A stretch of 64,000 nucleotides of DNA from an uncultured Bacteroidales bacterium (GCA_964585385.1 CAZPDP010000004.1:27574-91573), one strand, 5' to 3'; positions 1 to 12,128 are shown, numbered from the stretch's first letter. The notes: generated by a model from the letters alone, not told the origin. Numbers and translations are program-made.

Positions 1-232
1 CATGTCCATTTACTTTAACCGATCCACTGGTAGGCTGAAGTATTGTTGCGATTATTCTCAATGTGGTAGTTTTACCTGCTCCGTTCGGTCCCAGTAACGA
101 AAATACTTTTCCCGGCTCACAAGTGAAACTTATATTATTTACAGCCGATATCCAGTCTTCCCCTGAACCCATCTTCTTCTTTTGCTGTTTGTTAAGCTTA
201 AACCTCTTAGTTAAATTTTCTACCTGAATCAT
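1..232 (-). CDS. ABC transporter ATP-binding protein, N-terminal fragment (gene runs off the left edge)
   Basis: Minus-strand ORF open to the window edge. ATG at 230-232 overlaps the upstream stop (ATGA). My translation is MIQVENLTKRFKLNKQQKKKMGSGEDWISAVNNISFTCEPGKVFSLLGPNGAGKTTTLRIIATILQPTSGSVKVNGH, an ABC ATPase N-terminus with Walker A GPNGAGKT. Confidence 0.8.
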   Translation of the reverse strand, partial: MIQVENLTKRFKLNKQQKKKMGSGEDWISAVNNISFTCEPGKVFSLLGPNGAGKTTTLRIIATILQPTSGSVKVNGH

Positions 233-873
233 TTTGTTTCCTCTTTTTCTGTATTACTATCTTCCAATTCTGACAGGCAACTCCTCAATGAATTTAAATG
301 GTTGCTGTAGAGCTTTCTTACATAGAGTTTGGCTAAAGGCCTTAATATGATAAAAAATGCAGCTACACCTATTCCAAGTCCTACTCCTGCTCTTATGAGA
401 AAATCAGTTGAATTTTCAGGGATATCAAACGACAACCCAATAATCAAACCCAGAAAATAGGCAACGTACAAAAACCAGAAATAATCTTTTATAAATTTTT
501 CAAGAAGATATATCTGCTGTTTCAACTTTTCTTTAAGGTCCAGATTATTATTCTCGTACTGATATATTTTTTTGTAAGATTTATAGAGATAAAGTATAAA
601 TAAAACCAAGATCAGTACAATAAAAGCTGACAAATGAAATTTTAAAATACCCGTAAGATATTCGCTACTAAAAAGAAAAAGCAGAATAACCGGCACAATA
701 ATTATATTGAGCCCGGCTTCTATAAAAAAGTTCCTTCGCAGGAGGTTCAGTGACCGCTGGCTTCTTTTTTTCAGAATCTCACCGAGGTCCTTTTCATCCT
801 TGATATCATCCGAGGATAACCTGGACGAGTATTTTTTCCATGAACCTTTCAGTTTATCAATATCCATCAGCAA
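229..873 (-). CDS. hypothetical four-helix membrane protein, candidate partner or anti-sigma of the upstream ECF sigma factor
   Basis: 214-aa ORF with a hydrophilic N-terminus followed by four hydrophobic segments (IIIVPVILLFLF, LSAFIVLILVLFILYLY, FWFLYVAYFLGLIIGL, GVGLGIGVAAFFIIL). The 5' end overlaps the sigma gene stop by 17 nt and the 3' end overlaps the ABC start by 4 nt. No recognisable family and no zinc-binding anti-sigma motif. Confidence 0.55.
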   Translation of the reverse strand: MLMDIDKLKGSWKKYSSRLSSDDIKDEKDLGEILKKRSQRSLNLLRRNFFIEAGLNIIIVPVILLFLFSSEYLTGILKFHLSAFIVLILVLFILYLYKSYKKIYQYENNNLDLKEKLKQQIYLLEKFIKDYFWFLYVAYFLGLIIGLSFDIPENSTDFLIRAGVGLGIGVAAFFIILRPLAKLYVRKLYSNHLNSLRSCLSELEDSNTEKEETK

Positions 874-1375
874 CCTGTTTATATAATTTTCTCAATTTTT
901 TCTTTATCCGGTTAATTTTTACTCCTACATTCGTCTTGGTCATACCCATAATGTCTGCTATATCGTCATAGTTTTTCTCTTCCATATATAGCATGATAAT
1001 AGCTTTTTCAATATTTGAAAGTCCTTCAATAGCCTGATAAAGAACACTTATCTCTTCAGAAAGGTCTTTTTTACCTTCTTCCATAATTTCTTCGGATAAT
1101 TCTGCATCAGAGCGATTATGATACACTTTGTTGGAAACTTTTCTGAATCCGGCCAGAACAGTATTTAAAGCCACTCTGTAAATCCATGTACTGATTTTTG
1201 ACCTCCCTTCAAAAGTGGGGTAAGCCTTCCACAGGCTAAGAACGATTTCCTGAAAAGCATCTTCCTGGTCTGCCTTATTCTTGTAATATATAGCAGCAAC
1301 CTTCCGGATCATATTCTGATGCTTGGATATAAGGCTCAAAAATTCCTGCCGTTTTATACTACTTCCTTCCCCCAA
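857..1375 (-). CDS. ECF-type RNA polymerase sigma-70 family factor
   Basis: 172 aa. Region 2-like segment DAFQEIVLSLWKAYPTFEGRSKISTWIYRVALNTVL and region 4 HTH NYDDIADIMGMTKTNVGVKINRIKKKLR. Size is typical of group 4 sigmas. Confidence 0.9.
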   Translation of the reverse strand: MGEGSSIKRQEFLSLISKHQNMIRKVAAIYYKNKADQEDAFQEIVLSLWKAYPTFEGRSKISTWIYRVALNTVLAGFRKVSNKVYHNRSDAELSEEIMEEGKKDLSEEISVLYQAIEGLSNIEKAIIMLYMEEKNYDDIADIMGMTKTNVGVKINRIKKKLRKLYKQVADGY

Positions 1376-1446
1376 AACAGTTTTTTTATCAATTGGTAGT
1401 AAAAAAAATCCATTTATTACACAACAAATGAATTTTTTATGGAGAC

Positions 1447-1471
1447 AAAAAAATCCCGCCGTTGGGCGGGA
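1447..1471 (-). terminator. intrinsic terminator downstream of gyrB
   Basis: Stem TCCCGCC / GGCGGGA (1454-1460 / 1465-1471) with a 4-nt loop. A 7-A run at 1447-1453 gives a U-tract on the minus strand, 6 nt after the gyrB stop. Confidence 0.65.
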
Positions 1472-1476
1472 AAATT

Positions 1477-3477
<2,001 letters not shown>

Positions 3478-3625
3478 CTATTTTGTAAGTAACTAATAAT
3501 CAATGTATTAAATCTACACAGATATATGTAAATTTAACAAAATTTAGCCGGAAAATTGTTATGAAAAACCCGTAAAATCAGGATTTTTTTAACATAATAT
3601 CAACTATTTAACCTCCTGGCATATA

Positions 3626-5302
3626 CTAAAAAGCATAAGTTATACCCAAAAATGCCTGCAAGCCATAAACCGGGTACTGATCATAGACATTGTAGTTGTC
3701 AGAAAGTATATTGTTTAGTTTCAGGTAAGCCGATAAGACTTTGGAATACCGGTACTCAAGTCCCATATTCAAATCTACATATCCGTCAAGTTCCCTCGGA
3801 ATATCATTTGCTCCTGATTGGACCCATCTCTTTCCTGATATAAATACATCCGACTCCAGTATAATTTTATCTCTAAGATCATAACGTACAGACAGTGTTA
3901 AATCGTATGCCGGTTTATGCCAGGCATACTCCAGGTTATTGAGGGTATACCGGTACAGGTTACCACTGGCACGAAAAACTATATCATTCGGGAATTCAAA
4001 GGATATTTCTCCAAAGAGATTCAGATATTCACCATTGTCATATAAGACGTCAAAACGATTTCCAAGGGTATCAGCATCGGTAAAATGATTGACAAAAAAG
4101 TGCATATTTTCAAAAACACTGTATTTGAAACGGGTGTTGTAGTATGTGCTTGAACTCAGATTTCCTTTAACACCTCCGTAAAATATAAGATTGTGGTTGG
4201 TATTCTGAACCTTCAAACCGGGTAAAACAAATGGATTTTTACCAGTAATATGGTTGTAACTATTGAGGTCAATTTTTCCGTCAATTCCTGCGTATGGAAT
4301 AATGTAGGAATTGATAATGTCATATTCCATGCTTGCCAGAGGAAAGATGCGCAGCTTTGCATTTCCATTCACTGCATCCACCATAAAATTCACACCGCCT
4401 TTTATTTTCCAGCCTTCACCAAATTTCGACATTAAAGGGTTGAAGTGGAAAAGGGTATTGCTGCCAGTATCCAGAGGTGTCTCATGGTTGAGATAGGTAA
4501 ATCCGGTATTCAAAGACACATTATTGTTTTCAATAAATTTATTGAATTTTCCGTCAACAGTAATTTGGTCCTCTGCGGTGTTGTAGTTATCCTGAATATG
4601 CCTGAAATCAACGTCAATATCGTAATTAAAATGAAGAGAATCTGTATAAGTGGTTTTATAATTGGCATCGGCGCCAAAACGGAGAAAATTTTGCTTAATA
4701 TTTTCCTTGTCCAGTGCTATTTCTTCTTCTCCAAATGCTCTTGCGTTGTATCCGTAAAAGTACCTTGTATTGTTTTTTAATCCCAAATCGATGTCTAAGG
4801 CTGAATTTTTAAAAATTTGCTTTCCGTAAAATTTCAGCTTGCTGTCACTGTAGCCGGCAAAAACACGATCGTTGTTTCTTAAAGGCACCTTACCACCTGA
4901 GGAGCTGTGCTGAACAGATGCACCTATAGAACGTTCTTCAGATCTTTTGGTCATGATATAAAATTCGACTTCTGGCGTCAATTTGCTTCCCATTCCCATT
5001 TTCAGATACCTGCTGTAAAGCTCTGTCAGGGGTTCTCCTACCATTGTTGCGGCGGGGATTGGTTTTACATCAATATCTGTTTCTACTCTCTTGGGCAGAA
5101 GATAGTAGTTAATTTCTGTCTCAACGGTAGTAGTGTCAGTTATCTCAGGCAATTCTGTTATCTTATAAGCTTTCTCAACTTTGGGCTTATAGGCTTTTAC
5201 TACCTGAACCCTCTTTTCTATTTTTTCCTCTTCCTGGGCGAATGAGAGAAAAGGAATAATAAAAAATAAAAGTGAAAATATGGTTAGTTTTTCTGGTTTC
5301 AT
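3626..5302 (-). CDS. outer-membrane beta-barrel protein (putative porin family)
   Basis: 558 aa. Signal peptide MKPEKLTIFSLLFFIIPFLSFAQ, alternating hydrophobic/polar strand pattern rich in Y/N/G, and a C-terminal aromatic end ...LGITYAF. Starts 26 nt after the TPR gene stop, so likely co-transcribed. Confidence 0.65.
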   Translation of the reverse strand: MKPEKLTIFSLLFFIIPFLSFAQEEEKIEKRVQVVKAYKPKVEKAYKITELPEITDTTTVETEINYYLLPKRVETDIDVKPIPAATMVGEPLTELYSRYLKMGMGSKLTPEVEFYIMTKRSEERSIGASVQHSSSGGKVPLRNNDRVFAGYSDSKLKFYGKQIFKNSALDIDLGLKNNTRYFYGYNARAFGEEEIALDKENIKQNFLRFGADANYKTTYTDSLHFNYDIDVDFRHIQDNYNTAEDQITVDGKFNKFIENNNVSLNTGFTYLNHETPLDTGSNTLFHFNPLMSKFGEGWKIKGGVNFMVDAVNGNAKLRIFPLASMEYDIINSYIIPYAGIDGKIDLNSYNHITGKNPFVLPGLKVQNTNHNLIFYGGVKGNLSSSTYYNTRFKYSVFENMHFFVNHFTDADTLGNRFDVLYDNGEYLNLFGEISFEFPNDIVFRASGNLYRYTLNNLEYAWHKPAYDLTLSVRYDLRDKIILESDVFISGKRWVQSGANDIPRELDGYVDLNMGLEYRYSKVLSAYLKLNNILSDNYNVYDQYPVYGLQAFLGITYAF

Positions 5303-5328
5303 AACCCAATGATTTGTATGTATTATTT

Positions 5329-8300
5329 TTAATCCTCTGTTGAATTGGTTGTATCTGATTCCTCTTTCATTTTTTGCTTTTGATCTTCCTTCTGAAATTC
5401 GAGCTTCATCTCTTCCCTGGTTGTATCTTTCTCAGTGCTGTATTTTTCATCCTCAATAATAGTATTGTATTTCTCTTTGGCCAGTTTGATGATATTATCT
5501 TCTCCTGAAACAGATTCATAATTCTCTATCACACTTTTTAAAGTATGTTTTGCCTGGAAATTATCCTCCATTGCTTTGTAGACATCCGAGAGCAAAATAA
5601 AACTTCTGGCTTTCCAGTACTCCTGGGAGGAATTCTGCTTGACTAAATCGAAAATCTCATTTTCAGCAACTTTTAGTTCTCCCTGCTTAAAATAAATATC
5701 TGCTATAAGATATTTGGCTTCAGCGCCTTCTTTACTATTCACTTCATCTGATATCAACTGAAGCTCTTTAAGCGCAAGCTTGTATCTTTCCTTTTCGTAA
5801 AGCGACTTCCCTTTTATGTAAAGGGCTTCTCTTTTCTGCCTTTCATTTACTTTTTCTGTATGCAGCACTTTATCGGCAGCTTCTATGGCTTTATCAAAAT
5901 TCTGCCTTCTGAATTGGATGCGCATTTGACCTGCTCGTGCATTGAGCAAGTTGCTATGCACTTCTGCAACTTTCTCAAGTTCTTTAAAAGCTTCCAGGGC
6001 CTTTTGATAGTTCTTCCTGTTGTAGCGAATATCAGCATATGCGCTTAAAGCCTGCTCTGTAAATGCACTCTGCGGTTTTTCTATCACGTATTGATAATGT
6101 TCAAGAGCTTTATCTGAATTTCCTCTTCTGTTAAAGCAATCAGCCATATAAAAATGAGCATTTACAGCAAAATTCCCATTCTTATATTTCTGAAGATAAT
6201 CCCTGAGGAATTCCAGGGCATCTTCGCAATCCTGATTCATATAAACTTTTTCAGCTGAAATATAAGTCAGAGAATCCTGCTCGCTCATACTTACTCTGGC
6301 AAAATCCCCTAATCCGTTTACATAGGTGAAATACTCATCCACCTTATTCATATCTACATAGATATTCTTTAGCCCGGTCAGTGCATTTTTAGATTCCGGG
6401 GTACCCGGATAGTCAGCAATTGTCCGTTTAAAATATTTCATGGCTTCCTGGTTCTCGTTTTGGTTGTAATGAATTAGTCCAAGCTGGACCAGGCTTTCTC
6501 TCACATAGCTGCTTGATGGAAAATTCTCGATAAGTTTATTATAATGTGCAATTGCTTCATCCGTCTTATCCAGATTCAAGTAACTTCTTGCGAGTTCAAA
6601 ATAGGCATCGTCAATGTATCCTGATTTGGGATATTGTTCGAGCAATTTATTCAGACTGGCAATTTTCTTGTTCGGCCTTTTTAGAAGTCCTAAAGCAAAA
6701 GCCCTGTGGAACAATGCATAATCCTGATCCCAGATATCCATTTCCAGGGCTTTATCATAATAGTCTACTGCCTGCCAGAGACTTCGCCTCATAAAATAAC
6801 AGTCTCCCAGTCGAATATAAGTGTCAGCAAGATGTTTTGATTCTTTTTTCTTATTGAGACTTAAGAACTTCCTGAACCAATTGATAGCTTCCGGGTATTT
6901 TTCCTGCTGAAAGTGAGTATAGCCTAAGTTATAGTGGGCTTTATTGTAGACGTCTGTTCCAAAAGAGCCAGGCCTCATAAGGAATTCATTGTAATGTTCA
7001 GTTGCTTTTTCATAACTCTCCAACTGATAGTATGCTTCGGCCTTCCAATAATTGGCAAGAGCGGCCAGATTTTTATCGTACTGATCGTATGTAAGAGATT
7101 TATCAAGCACTTCGATTGCTTCCTTATAGTAGAGATTGTTGTATAGCTCAAGACCTCTGAAATAAGCTACCCGTTGATAGGCTTTTTCCAGGGGCATGTC
7201 CAATTCTTCCACCTGTTCCAGGGATTGAAGGGCGTCTTTGTAATTATTGGAATTTAAGTAAGCTTTCACAAGATAACTATAGGCTTCATCAATATCTTCT
7301 GATTCCGGGTATTGGTTAATATATTTTTTGAAGGCTTCAATGGCATCATTGAATGGCGTATTTTTAAGCTGAAAAGTAATTTTGGCATAATTAAAAAGTG
7401 CATTCTGCTTTATTTGTGGATCAAAATCCATCTTCGAAGCAAACTCAAAGGCAAACTTGGCCTTGTTCTTCTTATCCTGGCTCAAATAACAATCTGCAAG
7501 GTGGTAATAAGCATTCTGAGCCATTTTATCTTCTCCGTCAGTAACCTTTTCAAAATGCTCAATAGCGATATCATATTTGTCCAGTTGATAAGACACATAC
7601 CCAAACTGATAGTGATCCGATCTTGTGAGGGATTTTGACTTTTCTTTATGCAGCTGGAGATAAGTGAATGCACTATCATACTGTTGCAACTGAAAATAGG
7701 AATCGCCTATAATTTTGGCAATTTCGGGAAGTCTTTTTGCTGTGGCTGATTGTACAAATTGGGGGGCATAATCGATAACCTTATTGTATTTCTCCTGCAA
7801 ATAATAAATCTGGGTGATGTAGTACGGCATAATAGGTGCAAAAGTGTTATTTCCTGTGAGACTTTGAAAACCTTCAAGGGCTGTCTGATAGTTTTCTTTA
7901 TCGTAAGAAATATGGGAGTAATAATACAATGCCGGCCCTGCAAAACGGGTGTCTGTATCCTTGATTTCATAGAAAGCCTCACTGGCTTTAGTATTGTTTC
8001 CTGTTTTAAAATAAGAATACCCTAATTTGAAGTAATATTCCGATAATTGTTCTTCATTTAGCCGGTCTTTATCAATCTTTTCAAGCCATTGAGTGACTTT
8101 ACTGAATTTCTCCTGTCTGTATTGAAAACGGCCCATATTAAAATAGGCTTCATTCACCTTTGAGCTTTCCGGGTATTTGGAAATAAATCGCGAGATAAGA
8201 TATTCGGCATCTTCATGAAATAGTTCTATAGCGCAAATAGCAATATAATATTCTGCAGTGGTGTGGTACTCATGATTTTCCGGGAAGAGTGCAGTAATCT

Positions 8301-8466
8301 CTTCAAATTTTTCCTGGGCCGCTGTATATTTCTCTTTATCAAACAGTTCAACAGCTTCCTGATATTTTCCTGCCTCATCCGCGTATCGTTTGGTTTGTTG
8401 ACTAAAAGTGGATGAAATTAACAGCAAAGAAAAAATCAGATAAGAAATTAGAATTTTGACTCTCAT
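5329..8466 (-). CDS. large secreted tetratricopeptide-repeat (TPR) protein
   Basis: 1045 aa. Signal peptide MRVKILISYLIFSLLLISSTFSQ (no lipobox Cys). Dozens of TPR-like A/Y/F-spaced repeats (e.g. EAYFNMGRFQY, EYYFKLGYSYF, NAYYHLADCYL, WKAEAYYQLESYEKA). Acidic/Lys-rich C-terminal tail. Confidence 0.85.
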   Translation of the reverse strand: MRVKILISYLIFSLLLISSTFSQQTKRYADEAGKYQEAVELFDKEKYTAAQEKFEEITALFPENHEYHTTAEYYIAICAIELFHEDAEYLISRFISKYPESSKVNEAYFNMGRFQYRQEKFSKVTQWLEKIDKDRLNEEQLSEYYFKLGYSYFKTGNNTKASEAFYEIKDTDTRFAGPALYYYSHISYDKENYQTALEGFQSLTGNNTFAPIMPYYITQIYYLQEKYNKVIDYAPQFVQSATAKRLPEIAKIIGDSYFQLQQYDSAFTYLQLHKEKSKSLTRSDHYQFGYVSYQLDKYDIAIEHFEKVTDGEDKMAQNAYYHLADCYLSQDKKNKAKFAFEFASKMDFDPQIKQNALFNYAKITFQLKNTPFNDAIEAFKKYINQYPESEDIDEAYSYLVKAYLNSNNYKDALQSLEQVEELDMPLEKAYQRVAYFRGLELYNNLYYKEAIEVLDKSLTYDQYDKNLAALANYWKAEAYYQLESYEKATEHYNEFLMRPGSFGTDVYNKAHYNLGYTHFQQEKYPEAINWFRKFLSLNKKKESKHLADTYIRLGDCYFMRRSLWQAVDYYDKALEMDIWDQDYALFHRAFALGLLKRPNKKIASLNKLLEQYPKSGYIDDAYFELARSYLNLDKTDEAIAHYNKLIENFPSSSYVRESLVQLGLIHYNQNENQEAMKYFKRTIADYPGTPESKNALTGLKNIYVDMNKVDEYFTYVNGLGDFARVSMSEQDSLTYISAEKVYMNQDCEDALEFLRDYLQKYKNGNFAVNAHFYMADCFNRRGNSDKALEHYQYVIEKPQSAFTEQALSAYADIRYNRKNYQKALEAFKELEKVAEVHSNLLNARAGQMRIQFRRQNFDKAIEAADKVLHTEKVNERQKREALYIKGKSLYEKERYKLALKELQLISDEVNSKEGAEAKYLIADIYFKQGELKVAENEIFDLVKQNSSQEYWKARSFILLSDVYKAMEDNFQAKHTLKSVIENYESVSGEDNIIKLAKEKYNTIIEDEKYSTEKDTTREEMKLEFQKEDQKQKMKEESDTTNSTED

Positions 8467-8643
8467 ATATAGCTGATTTAAAAATAGATCTGTTTAGTTG
8501 AATTTTGCTTAAAATTACGATAATTCTATCAAACATCATTCCATTGACCGGCTTTTATATTAACATTTAACTGTTAATTATAAAGATTTATATAACATTT
8601 GGATAACGAAAAACCATGATTAAAATTTTCGATTATTTTTCTC

Positions 8644-8651
8644 TACATTTG
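8644..8651 (+). promoter_or_regulatory. candidate Bacteroidota -7 promoter box (TACATTTG) for ftsE
   Basis: Exact TAnnTTTG match, 46 nt upstream of the ATG at 8697, in a 230-nt intergenic gap. Confidence 0.4.
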
Positions 8652-8696
8652 TAAGAATAACAATTCTTCTAAAACAATAAGAACAGGCAAGGTATT

Positions 8697-9401
8697 ATGG
8701 ACCCGATTATACAATTTGAAGATGCCAATATTTTTCAAAATGAAAACCTGATTCTTTCCAATGTAAATTTGACCATTGAGCCCAATGAGTTTGTCTATTT
8801 TATTGGCAGGGTCGGAAGTGGAAAGACTACATTAATTAAAGTTATCAACGCAGAAATTCCGCTTAACGAGGGAGAAGGGCATGTGTTAAATTTTAACTTA
8901 AAAAAACTAAAAAGAAAACATATTCCCCATTTAAGAAGAAAACTGGGCATCGTTTTTCAGGATTTTAAACTTCTGACAGACCGAACTGTTTATGAGAACC
9001 TGCATTTTGTTCTTAAAGCCACCGGATGGAAAAATAAAAACGAAATAAAGCAAAAGATTGACGAAGTACTGGAAAATGTTAGCCTGACTTACAAAGGATA
9101 CAAAATGCCACACCAGCTTTCGGGTGGAGAGCAGCAAAGAGTTGTCATAGCAAGGGCTCTATTGAATGACCCGGAAATTATCCTGGCAGATGAGCCTACC
9201 GGCAATCTTGACCCGGAAACTTCTGAAAACCTTTTAAAAATTCTCAAAGAAATAAACAAAAATGAACGAACCATCATAATGGCAACCCACGATTATGAAC
9301 TCGTTAAAAAATTTGATGCCCGTACCATAAAATTTGAAAAAGGAAAGCTACACGAAACAGACAGCACGCAGGAAATAGATTTTGAAGCATTGAAAATATA
9401 G
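8697..9401 (+). CDS. ftsE: cell-division-type ABC ATPase FtsE-like protein
   Basis: 234 aa. Walker [10 protein letters not shown], signature [15 protein letters not shown], Walker [13 protein letters not shown]-loop MATHD. Size and sequence style fit FtsE. No ftsX is adjacent. Confidence 0.65.
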   Translation: MDPIIQFEDANIFQNENLILSNVNLTIEPNEFVYFIGRVGSGKTTLIKVINAEIPLNEGEGHVLNFNLKKLKRKHIPHLRRKLGIVFQDFKLLTDRTVYENLHFVLKATGWKNKNEIKQKIDEVLENVSLTYKGYKMPHQLSGGEQQRVVIARALLNDPEIILADEPTGNLDPETSENLLKILKEINKNERTIIMATHDYELVKKFDARTIKFEKGKLHETDSTQEIDFEALKI

Positions 9402-9465
9402 GTTTTAATACGATTATAATTGATTGTATTGATTGATTTTAAAAAACACATTTTTCACAATAAAT

Positions 9466-9497
9466 AAAAACCCCGTACCAATCAGGCACGGGGTTTT
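9466..9497. terminator. bidirectional intrinsic terminator between convergent ftsE and the acyl-CoA dehydrogenase gene
   Basis: AAAAA-CCCCGT...ACGGGG-TTTT. The stem is flanked by an A-run upstream and a T-run downstream, so it can terminate both strands. Confidence 0.6.
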
Positions 9498-9519
9498 CTG
9501 TGGTAAGTTGCATCTAAAA

Positions 9520-11310
9520 CTAGAAGCAATATTTATTTTCTTCAATGACTTTGTTAGCAATTCTTCTCCTGGTTTCTTTTATATTGAATCCCGGAACGGT
9601 TGTAAGGCTCTCAGTAACCTGCACCAATTTCTCTGTTAACTCATCATTTTCAATAGAATAGATGGCATCCATTGCATTCCTGCGAATCACCGATGCAGCA
9701 TCATAAACCAGTAAATCTAAAATGTCACGATACAAGCTCATCATTTCTTCAGGTTTCTGGAAATTTTCAAGCTTCTTTACACGCAGCATAGTAGATTCTG
9801 CAACATAAGCCTGAGTCAGAACATCAGAAAGGAAACATGAAATTTCCTGTTCCATAGCCAGTTTTCTATCGAATTTATCTTTAGCTACTTTAAGAATCAT
9901 TGCAGCCAGTTTCTTAAAGTTTTTAATATAATAATCTTTATCCTCGTAATATCCTTCTGTAGTATAACTTTCATTAATGAAATTTTCAATGTTATTGAGG
10001 TACTCCTCTGCTTTTTCAAAGATGGGAAATTTGCCTTTTTTGCCTCTTTTATAAATAGTGTCTGTATTCCAGAGCCTGTTTATTTCGTTTGTTCCTTCAA
10101 AAATCCTGTTGATTCGTGAATCACGGTAAGCCCTGTCAGCAGGCATTTCGGATGAGTAGCCCATTCCACCCATAATTTGTACTTCCTCATCAACAATATA
10201 GTCCAGTGATTCGGAGCTATACACTTTCATCATGGCTGCTTCTGCTTCATACTGGAGGAAAGCTTCAACCTGGGCCTTTCCGTATTCCATATCATCGGCC
10301 TGGTATTTCTGCATCGCTTCATCGATGTTCTTGGTAGCCCTGTAAACTGCTGTTTCAACAGCAAAAGTTTTGACAACCTGCTCGGCAAGCTTGTGTTTGA
10401 TTGTACCGAAATTGGAAATCAGATTATTAAATTGTTTTCTTTCGTTAGCATAATTTACGGAATTATCCACAGCCATCTTAGCAGCGCCAATCACGTTGCC
10501 ACCAAGCTTTATCCGTCCCATATGAAGAATGTTCAGTGCTATTCTGAAACCTTCACCTCTTCTTCCAAGCAGGTTTTCCACTGGCACTTTAACATCATTG
10601 TAGAAAATCTGAACAGTAGATGAACCCTTAATACCCATCTTTTCTTCCTCTGGGTTGATTACGATGCCGTCCCAGTCTTTCTCAACAATGAATGCACTTA
10701 AAATACGGTCATTTTCGACCTTGGCAAAAACCACCTGTACATCGGCGAAACCTCCGTTAGTAATCCACATCTTCTGGCCGTTCAAAATAAAATGCTTACC
10801 ATCATCTGATAGTTCTGCTTTGGTTTTTCCGGCATTTGCATCAGAGCCAGCTCCGGGTTCGGTAAGACAAAATGCGGCAGTATACTCACCAGTAGCAAGT
10901 TTGGACAGGTATTTCTGCTTCTGTTCTTCATTTCCATAGTAAAGAATAGGTAATGAACCAATTCCTGTATGGGCACTATAGGCTACGGAAAAAGAATACC
11001 CCCCTCCAAGCACTTCTGCAGCCAGCATAGAAGTAAGAAAGCTTTGTCCGAAGCCTTCGTATTCTTCAGGAAAAGATATTCCTAACAAACCCAGCTCACC
11101 GGATTTCTTGAGGATGCTTTCCATCAGTCCTTCTTCTTTCTTATCAATCTTATCTAAATTCGGCATTACCTCAGTTTCGAGAAAATCCCGGCATGTCTGG
11201 GCAATCATCTGTTGCTCTTCATCAAATTCTTCAGGTATGAAAATCTCACTGGCATCTGTTTCTTTTACCAGAAACTCTCCGCCCTGTATATTTAATTCAT
11301 TTTGTCCCAT
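9520..11310 (-). CDS. long-form acyl-CoA dehydrogenase
   Basis: 596 aa. ACAD motifs CLTEPGAGSDA, GQKMWITNGGFADV and ERKQFN, plus YRDSRINRIFEGTNEI, followed by a C-terminal extension of about 150 aa. Starts 17 nt downstream of the CCG-domain gene. Confidence 0.9.
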   Translation of the reverse strand: MGQNELNIQGGEFLVKETDASEIFIPEEFDEEQQMIAQTCRDFLETEVMPNLDKIDKKEEGLMESILKKSGELGLLGISFPEEYEGFGQSFLTSMLAAEVLGGGYSFSVAYSAHTGIGSLPILYYGNEEQKQKYLSKLATGEYTAAFCLTEPGAGSDANAGKTKAELSDDGKHFILNGQKMWITNGGFADVQVVFAKVENDRILSAFIVEKDWDGIVINPEEEKMGIKGSSTVQIFYNDVKVPVENLLGRRGEGFRIALNILHMGRIKLGGNVIGAAKMAVDNSVNYANERKQFNNLISNFGTIKHKLAEQVVKTFAVETAVYRATKNIDEAMQKYQADDMEYGKAQVEAFLQYEAEAAMMKVYSSESLDYIVDEEVQIMGGMGYSSEMPADRAYRDSRINRIFEGTNEINRLWNTDTIYKRGKKGKFPIFEKAEEYLNNIENFINESYTTEGYYEDKDYYIKNFKKLAAMILKVAKDKFDRKLAMEQEISCFLSDVLTQAYVAESTMLRVKKLENFQKPEEMMSLYRDILDLLVYDAASVIRRNAMDAIYSIENDELTEKLVQVTESLTTVPGFNIKETRRRIANKVIEENKYCF

Positions 11311-11327
11311 AGGAGTTATAGTTTTAT

Positions 11328-12128
11328 TTATAAATTTAACGTTTGTTCTATTAATTCAGCAATATCATAATTCTTTATTTCCTCTTCTTTGTTCTTGTAT
11401 TTGAGACCATCAGTCATCATTACCATACAATAAGGGCAAGCAGTTACAATAATATCCGCTCCCGTATCCAACGCTTCCTCTGTGCGTTCAATAAAAACTT
11501 CCTTATCCCCTTTTTCAGCTTCTTTAAACATCTGTCCGCCTCCTGCACCACAACACAGGGCAAAACTTTTATTTCTCTCCATTTCCACTTTTTTTGAGGG
11601 TATTGCATTCAGTACTTTTCTTGGTTCAGCATAAACCTGGTTCGCTCTTCCCAGGTAACAAGGATCATGATATGTAAAGGTTTTGTCTTTAAAAATATCT
11701 GAATCAAGTTTTAAAGTACCTTCTTTTATTAAATTGTAGAGAAACTGGGTGTGATGCCAAACTTCAAAATTCCCTCCGAACTCGGGATATTCATTCAAAA
11801 ATGTATTGTATGCATGCGGATCGCAGGTAATAATTTTCTTTACCTCATAACCATTCATTATTTCAATATTCTGAAATGCCTGCATTTGGAAAAGCATCTC
11901 ATTCCCTGCTCTTCTGGCTACATCACCACTTGACATTTCTTCTATGCCCATCACGGCATAATCTATATTTAAATAAGTCAGTATCTTAATAAATGAACGG
12001 GTAACCTTTTTATATCTATCATCGAAAGCTCCTGCACTACCAACCCATACAAGGTATTCAGGCTTTTTGCCCTGAGCTGCCAGGTCTGCCATTACAGGAA
12101 CTTCGACTTTGCGTTTATCTTCTGCCAT
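11328..12128 (-). CDS. cysteine-rich (CCG) domain Fe-S oxidoreductase subunit (HdrD/GlpC C-terminal type)
   Basis: CCG-domain motifs TYHDPCYLGR, SFALCCGAGGG and VTACPYCM, plus ITCDPHAYN. I start it at the internal ATG (MAEDKRKVEV, 12126-12128), 22 nt after the upstream stop. The 307-aa track ORF would overlap the upstream gene by 101 nt. Confidence 0.8.
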   Translation of the reverse strand: MAEDKRKVEVPVMADLAAQGKKPEYLVWVGSAGAFDDRYKKVTRSFIKILTYLNIDYAVMGIEEMSSGDVARRAGNEMLFQMQAFQNIEIMNGYEVKKIITCDPHAYNTFLNEYPEFGGNFEVWHHTQFLYNLIKEGTLKLDSDIFKDKTFTYHDPCYLGRANQVYAEPRKVLNAIPSKKVEMERNKSFALCCGAGGGQMFKEAEKGDKEVFIERTEEALDTGADIIVTACPYCMVMMTDGLKYKNKEEEIKNYDIAELIEQTLNL

